A stretch of 64,000 nt of DNA, from assembly GCA_016235455.1 (NCBI GenBank), contig JACRKZ010000008.1, forward strand, positions 32,001 through 96,000, written 5' to 3'. The stretch comes from Armatimonadota bacterium. Its GTDB lineage: Bacteria > Armatimonadota > UBA10988. The notes beneath the pieces were generated by a model. The model was not told where the DNA came from and did not search any database. It saw only the letters and a list, made by a program, of their open reading frames with translations. Positions 1 through 10,190 of the stretch are shown in pieces (position 1 is the stretch's first letter; every line of letters starts with the position of its first letter). Both the position numbers and the translations under genes were made by a program.

Positions 1-787
1 ATCGCGCCGCGTCGGTGGCCTCCAGCAGCGCCGTCACCGACGCCTGCCAGTGCTGCCCGGCCGAGGCGTCGCGCACCTCGGCGGTGGTCAGCAGGTCGCG
101 GCCCACGGACCGGCCGGCGAACTCGCGCACGGCACCGGCCACCGCCGCCAGATAGGCCGCCTGGCCCGCGCGGTTGCGCCGCGCGGCCGCCTGCCTCAGT
201 GCGGCCAGGAGCCGTCCCTCGGGCGACTTGGGGTCGACCGAGGCCAGGGCCTGCCCAGGCAGCGGACGCTGCCGCTCAGCGCGCCTCAGCAGCACCAGCA
301 CAGCGATGGCAGCCAGCAGCACGCAGGCCGACAGGCCGGTCAGCAGCCAGCCCTGACGCGCATCCATGGGCGGCTCGGCGGGCGGCTCGTCGCGCACGGT
401 CACGCTCACCGGCTGCGAACGTAGCGTCAGGCCGGAGCCCTGTGCCGGCAGCACGGTCACATTGGCCGCGGGGATGACCAGCGTGCCAGCCCCGGTGGCG
501 GTCAGCTCCCAGGTCAGCCGACAGCGGTACTCGCTGCCGACGAACTCCTCGCTCTGGGTGCAGGCACGGGCCGGCGTCAGGCCGCGCGGGAAGGCCGGCT
601 CATCGTAGCTGACCTCGGGTCGGCCCGCGGCCAGGGAGGCGATGAGCAGCGTGAAGCGGCAGGTCTCGCCCGGCCGCAGGCGGCTGGGGTTGGCCTCGGC
701 CGAGAGACGCCAAGGGCTCTGCCCGGCGGCATTGGTTATCACCAATGCCGTTAGGCAGAGCCCTGAGAGCAGCGTCGTGCGACGCAC
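1..787 (-). CDS. BatD-like secreted/membrane-anchored protein (3' end outside window)
   Basis: Manual translation of the minus strand from GTG at 787: MRRTTLLSGLCLTALV (signal peptide), Ig-like segment (RLRPGETCRFTL...GTLVIPAANVTV...SQPVSVTV), TM helix WLLTGLSACVLLAAIAVLVLL; open to the window edge. Absent from the ORF track because the stop lies outside the window. Confidence 0.55.
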   Translation of the reverse strand, partial: MRRTTLLSGLCLTALVITNAAGQSPWRLSAEANPSRLRPGETCRFTLLIASLAAGRPEVSYDEPAFPRGLTPARACTQSEEFVGSEYRCRLTWELTATGAGTLVIPAANVTVLPAQGSGLTLRSQPVSVTVRDEPPAEPPMDARQGWLLTGLSACVLLAAIAVLVLLRRAERQRPLPGQALASVDPKSPEGRLLAALRQAAARRNRAGQAAYLAAVAGAVREFAGRSVGRDLLTTAEVRDASAGQHWQASVTALLEATDAAR

Positions 788-797
788 GCCGGATGGC

Positions 798-2348
798 TCA
801 GCGACCGGGCGCGCGCGTGGCCGGCGCGGAGAACTTGAAGACCACGGACTCGTCGCCGTACTTGCCGTCTTCGCCGGGCGCGCTGTACCACACCGTGACG
901 AATGCCTTCTCGCGCGCGGCCTTGGCGAAGAACGCCGCGTAGGCATCCGGGTCGGTCAGCTTGACGCGCACGGTGTCGTCGCTGCGGCGCACCTCGGACA
1001 GGATGGTGTCGGGCCGTAGGCCCTTCTCGGCAGCCAGGCTGCCGGGCTCGACGGCGGTGATCTTGACGCCCTGCTCCTTGCCGGCGGCGGCCAGCTCGTC
1101 CGCGGTGGCCTTGACCACCGACAGACCCAGCGGGTCGCGGCCGATGAGCACGCGCTCGGTGGGCGTGCGCTCGGGCGCATCGCCCGTAGCTTCGGCCGGC
1201 AGCTCACCAATGACCACCGGAAGCGTGATGCGCTTCTTGTCGCGCAGCACTTCGAGTTGGATGGTGGCGCCGGGCTTGACCTCGCGCACCTTGTCCTGGA
1301 CTTCGCGCGTGGCCTTGACGGCCACACCGTCCACCGAGACGATGACGTCGTTGGGCTGCACGCCGGCCTTGGCCGCCGGGGTGCCCGGCTGCACGCCGCG
1401 CACGAACGCGCCCTGGTCGGTGCCGAACATCTGCTTGACTTGCTCCAGGGTCATCTCGTCCTGCTCGACGAACATCGCCGCGTCGCAGATGTTGACGCCC
1501 AGGTAGCCGCGCGTGACGCGACCGCGCTGGATCAGGTCATCGACCACGGCCAGCGCCTTCTCGATGGGAATGGCGAAGCCGATGCCGATGTTCTGCCCGG
1601 CGCTGCCCGGCGAGAAGATGGCGAAGTTGATGCCGACCACCTCGCCCTTGAGGTTGAGCAGCGGGCCGCCGGAGTTGCCGGGGTTGATGGAGGCATCGGT
1701 CTGCACCAGGCCGCTATAGCGCGCGCGCACCTGCGGTGAGCGGCCGGTGGGCTCGTCCATCGGCTCATCGAGTTCGCGGTCGAGGCTGCTGACGATGCCC
1801 ATGGTCACCGACGCCTCGAAGTGGAACGGGCTGCCAATGGCAATGACGAAGGAGCCGACACGCAGGTCCTTGGCGCGGCCCAGCGCCAGGGCCGGCAGGT
1901 TGTCGCCGGGCTTGCGGTCCATCTTGACCACGGCGGTGTCGGTGAGGCGATCGGCGCCCATCACCACGGCATCACGCTTGACGCCGTCGTTGATCAGCTT
2001 GATCTGCACCTTGCCCTCATGCGCGCCGCGCACGACATGGGCGTTGGTCAGGATGTAGTAGGCGTCGGCCGTGGCGCGGAAGATCATGCCCGAGCCACTG
2101 GCCGCGCTGGGCCGGGTGGGCATCCGTGGCATGGGCGGCATGCCGGGCACATTGGGCATCTGGGGCATGGTCATGGTGACGCCGTCGCGCTCGGTCTCGA
2201 TGCAGACCACGCTGGGCTTGGCTTTGTCGGCCACGTCCGCGATGGCGTTCTCGAGTTCGGCGAGCACCGCCGGAGCCGCCATCAGGCGCCCAGCGCCCAT
2301 CACCATCGCCGCCAACAGCCAGACCACTTGCGACTTGTTCCGCATCAT
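798..2348 (-). CDS. htrA: HtrA/DegP-family serine protease (trypsin domain + PDZ domains)
   Basis: Signal peptide; SGSGMIF, LTNAHVV (His), DTAVV (Asp), QTDASINPGNSGGPL (Ser); C-terminal PDZ segments (GYLGV, GTPAAKAG, GSLAAEKGL). Confidence 0.93.
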   Translation of the reverse strand: MMRNKSQVVWLLAAMVMGAGRLMAAPAVLAELENAIADVADKAKPSVVCIETERDGVTMTMPQMPNVPGMPPMPRMPTRPSAASGSGMIFRATADAYYILTNAHVVRGAHEGKVQIKLINDGVKRDAVVMGADRLTDTAVVKMDRKPGDNLPALALGRAKDLRVGSFVIAIGSPFHFEASVTMGIVSSLDRELDEPMDEPTGRSPQVRARYSGLVQTDASINPGNSGGPLLNLKGEVVGINFAIFSPGSAGQNIGIGFAIPIEKALAVVDDLIQRGRVTRGYLGVNICDAAMFVEQDEMTLEQVKQMFGTDQGAFVRGVQPGTPAAKAGVQPNDVIVSVDGVAVKATREVQDKVREVKPGATIQLEVLRDKKRITLPVVIGELPAEATGDAPERTPTERVLIGRDPLGLSVVKATADELAAAGKEQGVKITAVEPGSLAAEKGLRPDTILSEVRRSDDTVRVKLTDPDAYAAFFAKAAREKAFVTVWYSAPGEDGKYGDESVVFKFSAPATRAPGR

Positions 2349-2584
2349 CAACCTCCCGCCGGCGGCGTGCGCCAGCCGGGGAACCACAGACCTGTGTTAT
2401 CTACGCCCGCGAGGTGCAGGCCCGCCGCCATGACCAGGATCCCGCCCGCCGCCAGTAGCAGCCAGCGCCACGCGCCGGCGCGCCAACGGCCGGTCGGATC
2501 CTGACCCGTCCAGGCGGCACAGCCCAGCCCGGTGAGGAAACACACCAGGCCCGCCAGCGCCGCCAGGACAAAGGGCAAACTCAT
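2348..2584 (-). CDS. small two-TM membrane protein
   Basis: [21 protein letters not shown]...[16 protein letters not shown]; ATG overlaps the trxA stop (ATGA) and its stop abuts the htrA start. Confidence 0.6.
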   Translation of the reverse strand: MSLPFVLAALAGLVCFLTGLGCAAWTGQDPTGRWRAGAWRWLLLAAGGILVMAAGLHLAGVDNTGLWFPGWRTPPAGG

Positions 2585-2910
2585 CCAATCACGCCGAGGC
2601 ACTTGGACTTGAGGGAGACCTCATCGGAGAAGCCGACGACCTGCTCCACCTTCTGGCCGCCCTTGAACCAGATCAATGTCGGGATGCTGTGGATCCCATA
2701 CGTACCTGCTACCTCGGGATTGTCGTCGACGTTCATCTTGAGGACCTTGATCTTGCCCACCAGCGCGTCGGCCACCTGCTCGACCACCGGCGCCAACATG
2801 CGGCACGGGCCGCACCAGGGCGCCCAGAAGTCAATCAGCACCGGCAAGTCCGAGCCCAGCACTTCACTCTCGAACTGGGCGTCCGTGATCTCCGCGACGT
2901 TCTTAGCCAT
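2581..2910 (-). CDS. trxA: thioredoxin
   Basis: 109 aa, [10 protein letters not shown] active site, SIPTL cis-Pro motif, AGGAG RBS. Confidence 0.97.
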   Translation of the reverse strand: MAKNVAEITDAQFESEVLGSDLPVLIDFWAPWCGPCRMLAPVVEQVADALVGKIKVLKMNVDDNPEVAGTYGIHSIPTLIWFKGGQKVEQVVGFSDEVSLKSKCLGVIG

Positions 2911-2995
2911 GGGTCATCATCTCCTGAAACCGCTTGTGCGGACCGCGGTTCCGCCGCCGTCGCGCACCTTCAGTGTCGCGCCAGCCGCTACCTTG

Positions 2996-4069
2996 TCAGG
3001 CTCGATTGCCGCTGGATGCACGGCCAAGCGTACGCCGGCCACGGGCCAGCCGTAGCCAGAGTACCTCGAGCACCAGCGACGCATTACCGTTGCGCTGCAG
3101 GCTGAGCCGGGCCTCGGCCAACGCCCCCAGCGCGCCTCGGCAGGCGACAGCGTCGAAACGCTCCACAAAGGATAGCAGGTCGCGCTCGAAATCGCGATGC
3201 ACCAACAGACTGGTCTCGCCGCCCGCGGACAGGACCAGCGCATCGCGGTACCACCACTCGAGCAACTCGATACCCCACGCCACCCGATCGCCGGCGACGT
3301 TCTCTTCCTCGCCGCCGGCCAGCCAGGCGGCATGAAGCAGACCGGCGAGCGCCGGCTCCGTGCCCAGCCGCGCGGCGCGACCAAGCAGGTCGGCGCGGAA
3401 GGTCTGGATCGACGAATCCTGGCTCAAGGCCAGCGCGCGGCCCGGTCGCCCGGCGGCCAGCGCGGCGTCGACCGCCGCCTGGGCGGGGGGCACGCCGTGC
3501 ACGCTGGTCAGCCAGTCGACGATGGTCGCGGTGGGCACCAGGCTCAGGTCGAGTCGCCGCAGCCGCGAGGTGATGGTCGGCAGCAGCATGGCCGGTTGCT
3601 CGGTGGTGAGCACGAAGACCATGCGCGCGGGCGGCTCCTCGAGCGTCTTCAGCAGCGTGTTGGCGGCGTCGTCACGCAGCGCTTCGGCGGCCACCAGCAC
3701 GACCACGCGCCAGCCTTCGGCGCTACCGCGCAGGCTGGCCTCATGCAACAGCGCGCGCACGGTCTCGATGCGGTGGATCTTGGGCCGGAACGGGCCGCTG
3801 CCACCCATGCGGTCGGGCTCGATGATGCGCACGTCCGGGGCGTTGCCCGACTCGATGGTCCGGCACGACCGGCACTCGCCGCAGGGCGGCTGCGGGCCGG
3901 TGCAGTTGAGCGCCTGGGCCAGGCCCTGCGCGACGGTCGTCTTGCCGATCTGGTCAGGCCCCCTGAACAGGTAGCCCGACGCGCCGCGGTCGCTGGCCAG
4001 GCCGCGTCGCAGCGCCGCGATGGCGCCGTCCTGACCGATCACCTGGTCCCAGATGGCCTTGCTCACCAT
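2996..4069 (-). CDS. holB: DNA polymerase III delta' subunit
   Basis: VIGQ, YLFRGPDQIGKTT, Zn motif PCGECRSC, ANTLLKTLEEPP, LLPTITSR; directly downstream of tmk (classic tmk-holB synteny). Confidence 0.93.
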   Translation of the reverse strand: MVSKAIWDQVIGQDGAIAALRRGLASDRGASGYLFRGPDQIGKTTVAQGLAQALNCTGPQPPCGECRSCRTIESGNAPDVRIIEPDRMGGSGPFRPKIHRIETVRALLHEASLRGSAEGWRVVVLVAAEALRDDAANTLLKTLEEPPARMVFVLTTEQPAMLLPTITSRLRRLDLSLVPTATIVDWLTSVHGVPPAQAAVDAALAAGRPGRALALSQDSSIQTFRADLLGRAARLGTEPALAGLLHAAWLAGGEEENVAGDRVAWGIELLEWWYRDALVLSAGGETSLLVHRDFERDLLSFVERFDAVACRGALGALAEARLSLQRNGNASLVLEVLWLRLARGRRTLGRASSGNRA

Positions 4070-4710
4070 GCCCTGCCCGCCAGCCAGTCCTCGACCACCG
4101 CCCGTATGCGCGTCTCCACCTCGTCCGGCGTGCCCTGGGCCGAGACCAGCCGGACACGGGCCGGGTCGGCGGCGGCCAGCGCACGGAACCCATCGCGCAC
4201 ACGCTGATGGAAATCGCTCTCGCGGGCCTCGATGCGGTCGGCCTCGCGGCCCTGACGCCGCGCCGCGGCGGTCTCGGTGGACAGGTCCAGCACGATCACC
4301 CCGTCGGGCAACAGGTCGTCGCGCGCGAAGGCATCGGCGGCGCTGACCGCGACCAGGTCGAGCCCGAGACCATAGCACTGGTAGGCCAGCGTCGAGTGCG
4401 AGAAGCGCGAGCAGATGACCCAGTCACCGCGCTCCAGCGCCGGCCGGATGACCGTGTCGACATGCTGCGCGCGCGCCGCGAGGAACAGCATCGCCTCGGC
4501 GCGCGGCACCGGCCCGTCGGCGCCGTGGCCACGCAGCCAGCCGCCGACCGCTTCGCCCAACGGCGTGCCCTCGGGTTCGCTGGTAACCAGCACCCGCTCG
4601 CCACGCGCGGTGAGCCAAGCCACCAGCCGCTCGATCTGGGTGCTCTTGCCGCCACCGTCCACGCCTTCGAGCGTGATGAACAGCCCGCGCCGGCTCGCCT
4701 CGTTTGCCAT
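4063..4710 (-). CDS. tmk: thymidylate (dTMP) kinase
   Basis: FITLEGVDGGGKSTQ P-loop, LFLAARAQH, SRFSHSTLAYQ, DRIE motif. Confidence 0.96.
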   Translation of the reverse strand: MANEASRRGLFITLEGVDGGGKSTQIERLVAWLTARGERVLVTSEPEGTPLGEAVGGWLRGHGADGPVPRAEAMLFLAARAQHVDTVIRPALERGDWVICSRFSHSTLAYQCYGLGLDLVAVSAADAFARDDLLPDGVIVLDLSTETAAARRQGREADRIEARESDFHQRVRDGFRALAAADPARVRLVSAQGTPDEVETRIRAVVEDWLAGRAW

Positions 4711-4773
4711 GCTCGCACGATAGCAGCCCGCGTGAGCGTGGTCAACGCTCCCGCCGGCCGCTACAATGACGGG

Positions 4774-5883
4774 ATGCACGTTCTGCTCGACGCGCGACCC
4801 ATTCTGGCGGCCAAGACCGGCGACCGCAGCTACTGGCTGGGGCTGTGCCGGGCGCTGCCCGCGGCCTGGCCCGAGTGGCGGTTCACCGTGGCGCTCGACG
4901 GCGCGCCCGAACCGGGGTTGCTGCCCGACCTGCCCAACCTGTCTGTCGCCGTCGAGCCGCGGCCCGGCGGGCGGCTGTGGCCGGTGGTCGCGCTGCCCCG
5001 GCTGGCGCGGCGCCTGCGGGTCGACCTGGTCCACTTGCAGTACGTGGCGCCGCCCTATCTGCCATGCCCGTTCGTCACGACGGTCCATGACGTGTCGTTC
5101 GCGTTGTTCCCCCACTACTTCACCTGGCGCGACGGCACCTGGCTGCGCACGCTGGTGCCGCCGTCGGCGCGGCGCGCGGCGGCGGTGGTGGCCGACTCCG
5201 AGACGACCCGCGCCGACCTGCTGCGCCTGTGGCGGCTGGTACCCGACCGCGTGCGGACGCTCAGCCTGGGGCTCGACGCCGCATACCGGCCGGATGCCGA
5301 ACAGGCTTCGGCCGCGCGCGCCAAGTGGGCTCTGCCCGAGCGCTACCTGCTCAGCGTCGGCGTGCTGCAGCCGCGCAAGAACCTGGCTGGGCTCATCGCC
5401 GCCTACGGCCGGGCGCGGGCCGAGCATGGCCTGACGGAGCCGCTGGTGGTCGTCGGCAAAACCGGCTGGCTGGCCCAACCCATCTTCGACCGCGTGGCCG
5501 AGCTCGGCCTGACAGACCATGTGCGCTTCCTCGGTTATGTGCCCGACGACGATCTGCCGGGGCTGTACGGCGGCGCGCTGTTCACGCTCTATCCGTCGCT
5601 CTACGAAGGCTTCGGTCTGCCGCCCCTGGAGTCGCTGGCCTGCGGCACGCCGGTCATCGTCAGCACCACGCCGGCCCTGGCCGAGACCGCCGGGCCCGTG
5701 GCGCCGATGCTGCCGCCCGAGGACACCGCGGCCTGGGCGGCGGCCATGGCGCGGCTGGCGGGCGACGAGGCCGAGCGTGCGCGGCTGGCCGAGACCGGCC
5801 TGGCCTGGGCGGCGGCGTTCACCTGGGAACGCTCGGCGCGGCAGCACGGCGAGGTGTATCGTGCGGCGCTGGGCCGGGCGTAG
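4774..5883 (+). CDS. glycosyltransferase family 4 (GT-B)
   Basis: VTTVHD, VGVLQPRKNL, YPSLYEGFGLPPLESLACGTPV, FTWERSA. Confidence 0.92.
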   Translation: MHVLLDARPILAAKTGDRSYWLGLCRALPAAWPEWRFTVALDGAPEPGLLPDLPNLSVAVEPRPGGRLWPVVALPRLARRLRVDLVHLQYVAPPYLPCPFVTTVHDVSFALFPHYFTWRDGTWLRTLVPPSARRAAAVVADSETTRADLLRLWRLVPDRVRTLSLGLDAAYRPDAEQASAARAKWALPERYLLSVGVLQPRKNLAGLIAAYGRARAEHGLTEPLVVVGKTGWLAQPIFDRVAELGLTDHVRFLGYVPDDDLPGLYGGALFTLYPSLYEGFGLPPLESLACGTPVIVSTTPALAETAGPVAPMLPPEDTAAWAAAMARLAGDEAERARLAETGLAWAAAFTWERSARQHGEVYRAALGRA

Positions 5884-5930
5884 CGCCCGCCGACGCGCGA
5901 GATACCCGTGACCAAGCGCCGCAGCGGGTC

Positions 5931-5946
5931 GTACAGTGTTCTGTAC
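5931..5946. promoter_or_regulatory. YefM-YoeB-type operator (two GTAC cores 12 bp apart)
   Basis: GTACAG-tgtt-CTGTAC inverted repeat 11 nt upstream of the yefM ATG; matches the paired TGTACA-core operator geometry known for yefM-yoeB/axe-txe. Confidence 0.7.
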
Positions 5947-5957
5947 CGGAAGCAGCC

Positions 5958-6223
5958 ATGGACGCCATCGGCTACGCCAGGCTCGACAGAGGCTGGCCGC
6001 CACCATGAAGCAGGTGTGCCGTGACCAGCAACCGGTGATCATCACCCGGCAGCGCGCGGAATCGGTGGTTATGCTCTCGATTCGGGAGTTCGAGTCGCTC
6101 GAGGAGACCGCCCATCTGCTGCGCAGCCCGGCCAATGCTCGTCGGTCGCTGGAGGCCATTGCCCGCCTCGACGCCGGACAGGCGCAGGTGCGGGAACGGA
6201 TCGATGACCCTGGCCTTCAGTGA
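5958..6223 (+). pseudogene. yefM: Phd/YefM antitoxin, frameshifted near 5977
   Basis: MDAIGY in one frame, then QARQRLAATMKQVCRDQQPVIITRQRAESVVMLSIREFESLEETAHLLRSPANARR in another; one base is missing at GC-CAG. Confidence 0.85.
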
Positions 6224-6463
6224 ACGGGCCTGGGAGGACTACCTCTACTGGCAAGCCACGGACCGGCGCATGTTCAAGCGCATCAACGAACTGATCCGCG
6301 ACGCGATGCGTGATCCTTCAGCGGCATCGGCAAGCCAGAGCCGTTGTGTCAACTGTTGGCGGGCCGCTGGTCACGCCGCATCGGTAGCGAGCACCGCATG
6401 GCCTATCGCGTCACCGACGACGACCACCTGCTGATCGCGCAATTCCGCTACCACTACGGCTGA
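6204..6463 (+). pseudogene. yoeB: Txe/YoeB toxin, frameshifted near 6315
   Basis: [38 protein letters not shown] then, after a one-base shift, [10 protein letters not shown]...[15 protein letters not shown]...[11 protein letters not shown]-stop. Confidence 0.88.
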
Positions 6464-8061
6464 ACGCCCAGCTCCGCCGCCAGCCGCCGCACCTCGGGCG
6501 AGGCATGCTCGCCGGCGCGGGCCAAGGCTTCGCGCGCCCCGTCACCGCTGGCCAGCAGCCTGGCCACCACCAGCGCCTCGGTGTCGTCGGGCCGGTGCGC
6601 GGCCAGCGCCAGGAACTCGGGCAGCAGGTCGGGCAGCGGCCGTTCGCTCAACGTGCCGCACAGCCGGCGCCAGTGTTCCGCCTCGGGTCCGCCCTCAGGC
6701 AGCCGGTGGGGCAGCCGTTCGAGCGCACGGCGCAGTAGCGTGACGGCCTCCTCGGCCGGCAACAACGGCGACAGCTCCACCGCGGCGTGGCGCTGCGGCC
6801 AGTGGCGCGAGTCGATGGCGTGCCGCAGCAGCGGCCGGGCCAGTTCGGGGCCGGTCTCGGCCGCGACAGCCAGGAACTCGGCCGACATCCTGGGGCGCTT
6901 GCCCGCGGCGGCCTGGGCGATGAGCCGCAGCGCGGCCTCGGGTAGTGGCTTCAGCACTGGTCGCAGGCGCAACTCGTCACCCGCGGCGGCGCGCACTTCG
7001 GCGTCGGCGTCGACCGTCGCCCGCACCAGCGTGACAGCACCCTTAGGCCCGGTGCGCGCCAGCGCCAGGGCCAGGCGCGGCCGGTCGGGCGCACTGGTGT
7101 CGGCCAGGCGGCGGCCCAGTGGCCCGGCCAGGTCGGCCGGCAGGCTGTCCGCGGCGAGCAGCGCCTCGAAGACGGCATCGCGGGCTCCCGGCTGCGGCGC
7201 GGCGGTAGCCACCTTGGCCCACAGCGCCTCGCTGGCGGGCCGCTTGGCCAGGGCGCGCGCCGCGGCGACGGCACGGTCGTCATGAGCATCGAGCGCCAAC
7301 GTCACCAGGTCGTCGGGCGTGTCGGGCAACGCCTGCGCCGCGATGGCGGCGGGCGCCGCGATGGTGGCGGGCGCCGTCTTGGTCAATAGCTCGGCCAGCT
7401 GGTGCGGCGGCGTACCGCGGCGCTGCGTGGCGGCCGCGAGCATCAGTTGCTCATCGACGTCGAGTTCTCCGGCCTCGGCCCGCCGCAGCAACTCGGGCAG
7501 GGCGGTAGGGTCGGCGGCGCGCAGGCGTTCGGCCAGGCGTGCGCGCCGGGCCGCGGGGCCGCCCGGGCCGCGCCGGCGGTCCTCGCGCCAGGCCCGGCGC
7601 CAACCTTGCGCGCAGACAGCCAGCAGCAGGCCGAGCAGCCCGAGCGACCAGCCGCTGGGCAGATACCAGGTCCAGCGCGCCTGGGGCGGCACATAGGGGC
7701 GCGGCTTGGCTCGGCCTTCCAGCGCCTTGGCCAGCTTGGCCACGCGCCGCTGAGCCTCGGCCCGTCGTTCGTCGGACTCGGGCAGCCGCGTGGCGGCCTG
7801 CCGGAACGCGGCCAGCGCGTCCTTCTGCTTGCCCTGTGAGTCATAGAGCCAGGCCAGCAGCCACCAGCTCTCGCTGCTGTCGGGCTTGGCGGCGACGAGC
7901 CGGGCCAACTTCTCAATGGCCCCCTTGTGGTCGCGCCGCTCGCGCGCGGCGCGGGCCTCCGCGTACAGGGCCGACATGTCCGCCGGCTGGGCCTCCGCCT
8001 GCGCGGCAAGCGGCCCGGACGGCGTGCACAGCAGCAGTCCTGCCGCCAGCCATGGCAGCAT
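6454..8061 (-). CDS. TPR + TM + HEAT-like repeat protein
   Basis: Signal peptide [14 protein letters not shown] ([25 protein letters not shown]), TM helix, Ala/Leu-rich HEAT-like repeats ([21 protein letters not shown]). Confidence 0.7.
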   Translation of the reverse strand: MLPWLAAGLLLCTPSGPLAAQAEAQPADMSALYAEARAARERRDHKGAIEKLARLVAAKPDSSESWWLLAWLYDSQGKQKDALAAFRQAATRLPESDERRAEAQRRVAKLAKALEGRAKPRPYVPPQARWTWYLPSGWSLGLLGLLLAVCAQGWRRAWREDRRRGPGGPAARRARLAERLRAADPTALPELLRRAEAGELDVDEQLMLAAATQRRGTPPHQLAELLTKTAPATIAAPAAIAAQALPDTPDDLVTLALDAHDDRAVAAARALAKRPASEALWAKVATAAPQPGARDAVFEALLAADSLPADLAGPLGRRLADTSAPDRPRLALALARTGPKGAVTLVRATVDADAEVRAAAGDELRLRPVLKPLPEAALRLIAQAAAGKRPRMSAEFLAVAAETGPELARPLLRHAIDSRHWPQRHAAVELSPLLPAEEAVTLLRRALERLPHRLPEGGPEAEHWRRLCGTLSERPLPDLLPEFLALAAHRPDDTEALVVARLLASGDGAREALARAGEHASPEVRRLAAELGVQP

Positions 8062-8207
8062 CGACCAACCCCGCACCTGACCAACCCTCCGACTCACCCG
8101 CGCATGCCTCTCTTTGTTTGAGTACCGCCAAGCTGTAAAGTGGCCCACTGCGAGCAGGATGACCGGGGTGTCGGACGAATCGGTCGGCCACCAACAGGAG
8201 TCCCGCT

Positions 8208-10190
8208 ATGTCGTTGTTCCGCGCGGTCGCGCTGATCGCCTTGCTCTCGCCGGCGGCCCAGGCGCTCAACCTGGCCAGCCTGCTCAGCGAGATGGTCGAC
8301 CGCGACGCTCTGGCCCGGCTGCCAGAGCCCGCCTACACCTGCCGCCAGTTTAGCAGCTACGACCGGGCCGCGAAGGACCCGGAGCACGACTGGTTCGCCA
8401 ATGGCGACGTCAACCAGTATCTGCGCGTCGAAGAGCGCGACGGCCGCAAGGAGTGGGTCATGATGGACGCTGCCGGACCCGGCGCCATCGTTCGACTGTG
8501 GTCGGCCAATCCGCCCGGCGACTGCCGGCTGCGGTTCTACTTCGACGAGCAGACCGAGCCAGGCTGGACGGTGGACTTCCAGGCGCTGACCAACGGCAAG
8601 GGCCCGGTGGCGGCTCCGCTCTCGGCGGTGCGCAGCCGCGGCTGGAACTGCTACCTGCCGGTGCCCTATGCCAAGCACTGCAAAGTGACCGCGGACAAGC
8701 CGGGCTTCTATTACCAGGTCAACTACCGCACCTGGCCCGCGGGCACGGCGGTCGAGACCTTCACGCCGGCCGCGCTCGACGCCGCCAAGGCCCAGGTGGA
8801 CCGGGTGCAGGCCGCGCTGGCCAACCCGCCGGCGCCGACCGTGGCGCGGAAGCTGCCGCTGGATGGCACGCTGGCCGCCAAACAGAGCCGCACGGTCAAC
8901 CTGCCCGCCGGCACCAATGCCGTACGTCAGATCACGCTCAATGTGGCGCCGGTCAAGGCCGATGCCGACCTGGCCCAGGTTTTGCGTAGTGTCGTCGTGC
9001 GCGCCGAGTTCGATGGCGAGGCCTGCATCTGGGTGCCCTTGAGCGACTTCTTCGGCAGCGGCGTGGGCGTGAACGCCTATCAGGACTGGTACTGTGACGT
9101 GGCCCAGGACGGCACGATGACCTGCCGCTGGGTCATGCCCTATCAGAAGGCCGGGCGCCTGACCATCGAGAACCTGGGCGCGCTGCCGGTCACGGTCAAG
9201 GGCAGTGTCGGCGTCGGCCCGTTCACCTGGGATGCCCGCTCGATGCACTTCCGCTCCGAGTGGCGCTGGCAGAATCCGCTGCCGACTCGTCCCTACAGCG
9301 ACTGGAACTATGTCACCGTCACCGGCCAGGGCGTCTACGTGGGCGACGCGCTGGCGGTGTTCAACCCCGTGACCGCCTGGTGGGGCGAGGGCGACGAGAA
9401 GGTGTATGTCGATGGCGAGGCATTCCCCTCGCACTTCGGCACCGGCAGCGAGGACTACTACGGCTACGCCTGGTGTGACCCGACGCCGTTCACCGCGCCG
9501 TTCCACGCGCAGCCGCGGTGCGATGGCCCGGCCAACCGGGGCAACACCACGGTGACCCGCGTGCGCAGCCTCGACGCCATCCCCTTCAGCAAGAGCCTGC
9601 GGTTCGACATGGAGTGCTGGCACTGGGCCGACTGCAAGGTGGCCTATGCCGCCACCACCTACTGGTACGGCCGACCGGGCGCCAAGAGCAACCGCGTGCC
9701 CCAGCCGGACGGCGCCTTGGCGGCGCTGCCGGCGGCCCCGCCGCCGTTCAAGCTGGCCGGCGCGGTCGAGGCCGAGAAGATGAAGATCGCCAGCCGAAGC
9801 GACGGCCTGGAGAGCGAGGTGCAAGGCACCGAGGGCTACGGTGAGCAGTGGAGTGGCGGCCACCACTTGTGGGTCCGCGGCCGCAAAGTCGGCGACTTCG
9901 TGGAGTTGGAGTTGCCCGCCGATGGCGCTGGCGCACGCCAGATCACGTACTACGGCACCAAGAGCTGGGACTATGGCGTACTCAAGATCACCGTCAACGG
10001 CCAGAAGGCCATCGACTCCCTCGACACCTGGGCCGAGCAGGTGACGCCCACGGGCGCACTGCCGTTGGGCACCTTCGAGCCCGTGGACGGCAGGTTCGTC
10101 GTCCGGGTCGAGGTGGTGGGCAAGAACGACAAGTCCAAGGGCACGGGATCGTTCTTCGGCATCGACGCGCTGACCCTGAACAAACCCTGA
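8208..10190 (+). CDS. secreted DUF2961 / glycoside hydrolase family 172-like protein with C-terminal CBM-like domain
   Basis: Signal peptide; SSYDR, GPGAIVRLW, VPLSDFFG, WWGEGDEKVYVDGE, GTGSEDYYGYAW; AGGAG RBS. Confidence 0.88.
   Translation: MSLFRAVALIALLSPAAQALNLASLLSEMVDRDALARLPEPAYTCRQFSSYDRAAKDPEHDWFANGDVNQYLRVEERDGRKEWVMMDAAGPGAIVRLWSANPPGDCRLRFYFDEQTEPGWTVDFQALTNGKGPVAAPLSAVRSRGWNCYLPVPYAKHCKVTADKPGFYYQVNYRTWPAGTAVETFTPAALDAAKAQVDRVQAALANPPAPTVARKLPLDGTLAAKQSRTVNLPAGTNAVRQITLNVAPVKADADLAQVLRSVVVRAEFDGEACIWVPLSDFFGSGVGVNAYQDWYCDVAQDGTMTCRWVMPYQKAGRLTIENLGALPVTVKGSVGVGPFTWDARSMHFRSEWRWQNPLPTRPYSDWNYVTVTGQGVYVGDALAVFNPVTAWWGEGDEKVYVDGEAFPSHFGTGSEDYYGYAWCDPTPFTAPFHAQPRCDGPANRGNTTVTRVRSLDAIPFSKSLRFDMECWHWADCKVAYAATTYWYGRPGAKSNRVPQPDGALAALPAAPPPFKLAGAVEAEKMKIASRSDGLESEVQGTEGYGEQWSGGHHLWVRGRKVGDFVELELPADGAGARQITYYGTKSWDYGVLKITVNGQKAIDSLDTWAEQVTPTGALPLGTFEPVDGRFVVRVEVVGKNDKSKGTGSFFGIDALTLNKP

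Noticed and set aside
727-750. 10-bp perfect inverted repeat CGGCATTGGT-TATC-ACCAATGCCG
   Set aside because: It lies inside the signal-peptide coding region of the BatD-like gene; single occurrence with no regulatory context.
4063-6159. Apparent 698-aa Tmk fusion, and similar N-terminal extensions of holB, argC, glnD, pilB and the GH5 gene
   Set aside because: The extensions are stop-free shadow sequence over neighbouring genes; true starts are downstream, with an RBS or -10 box.
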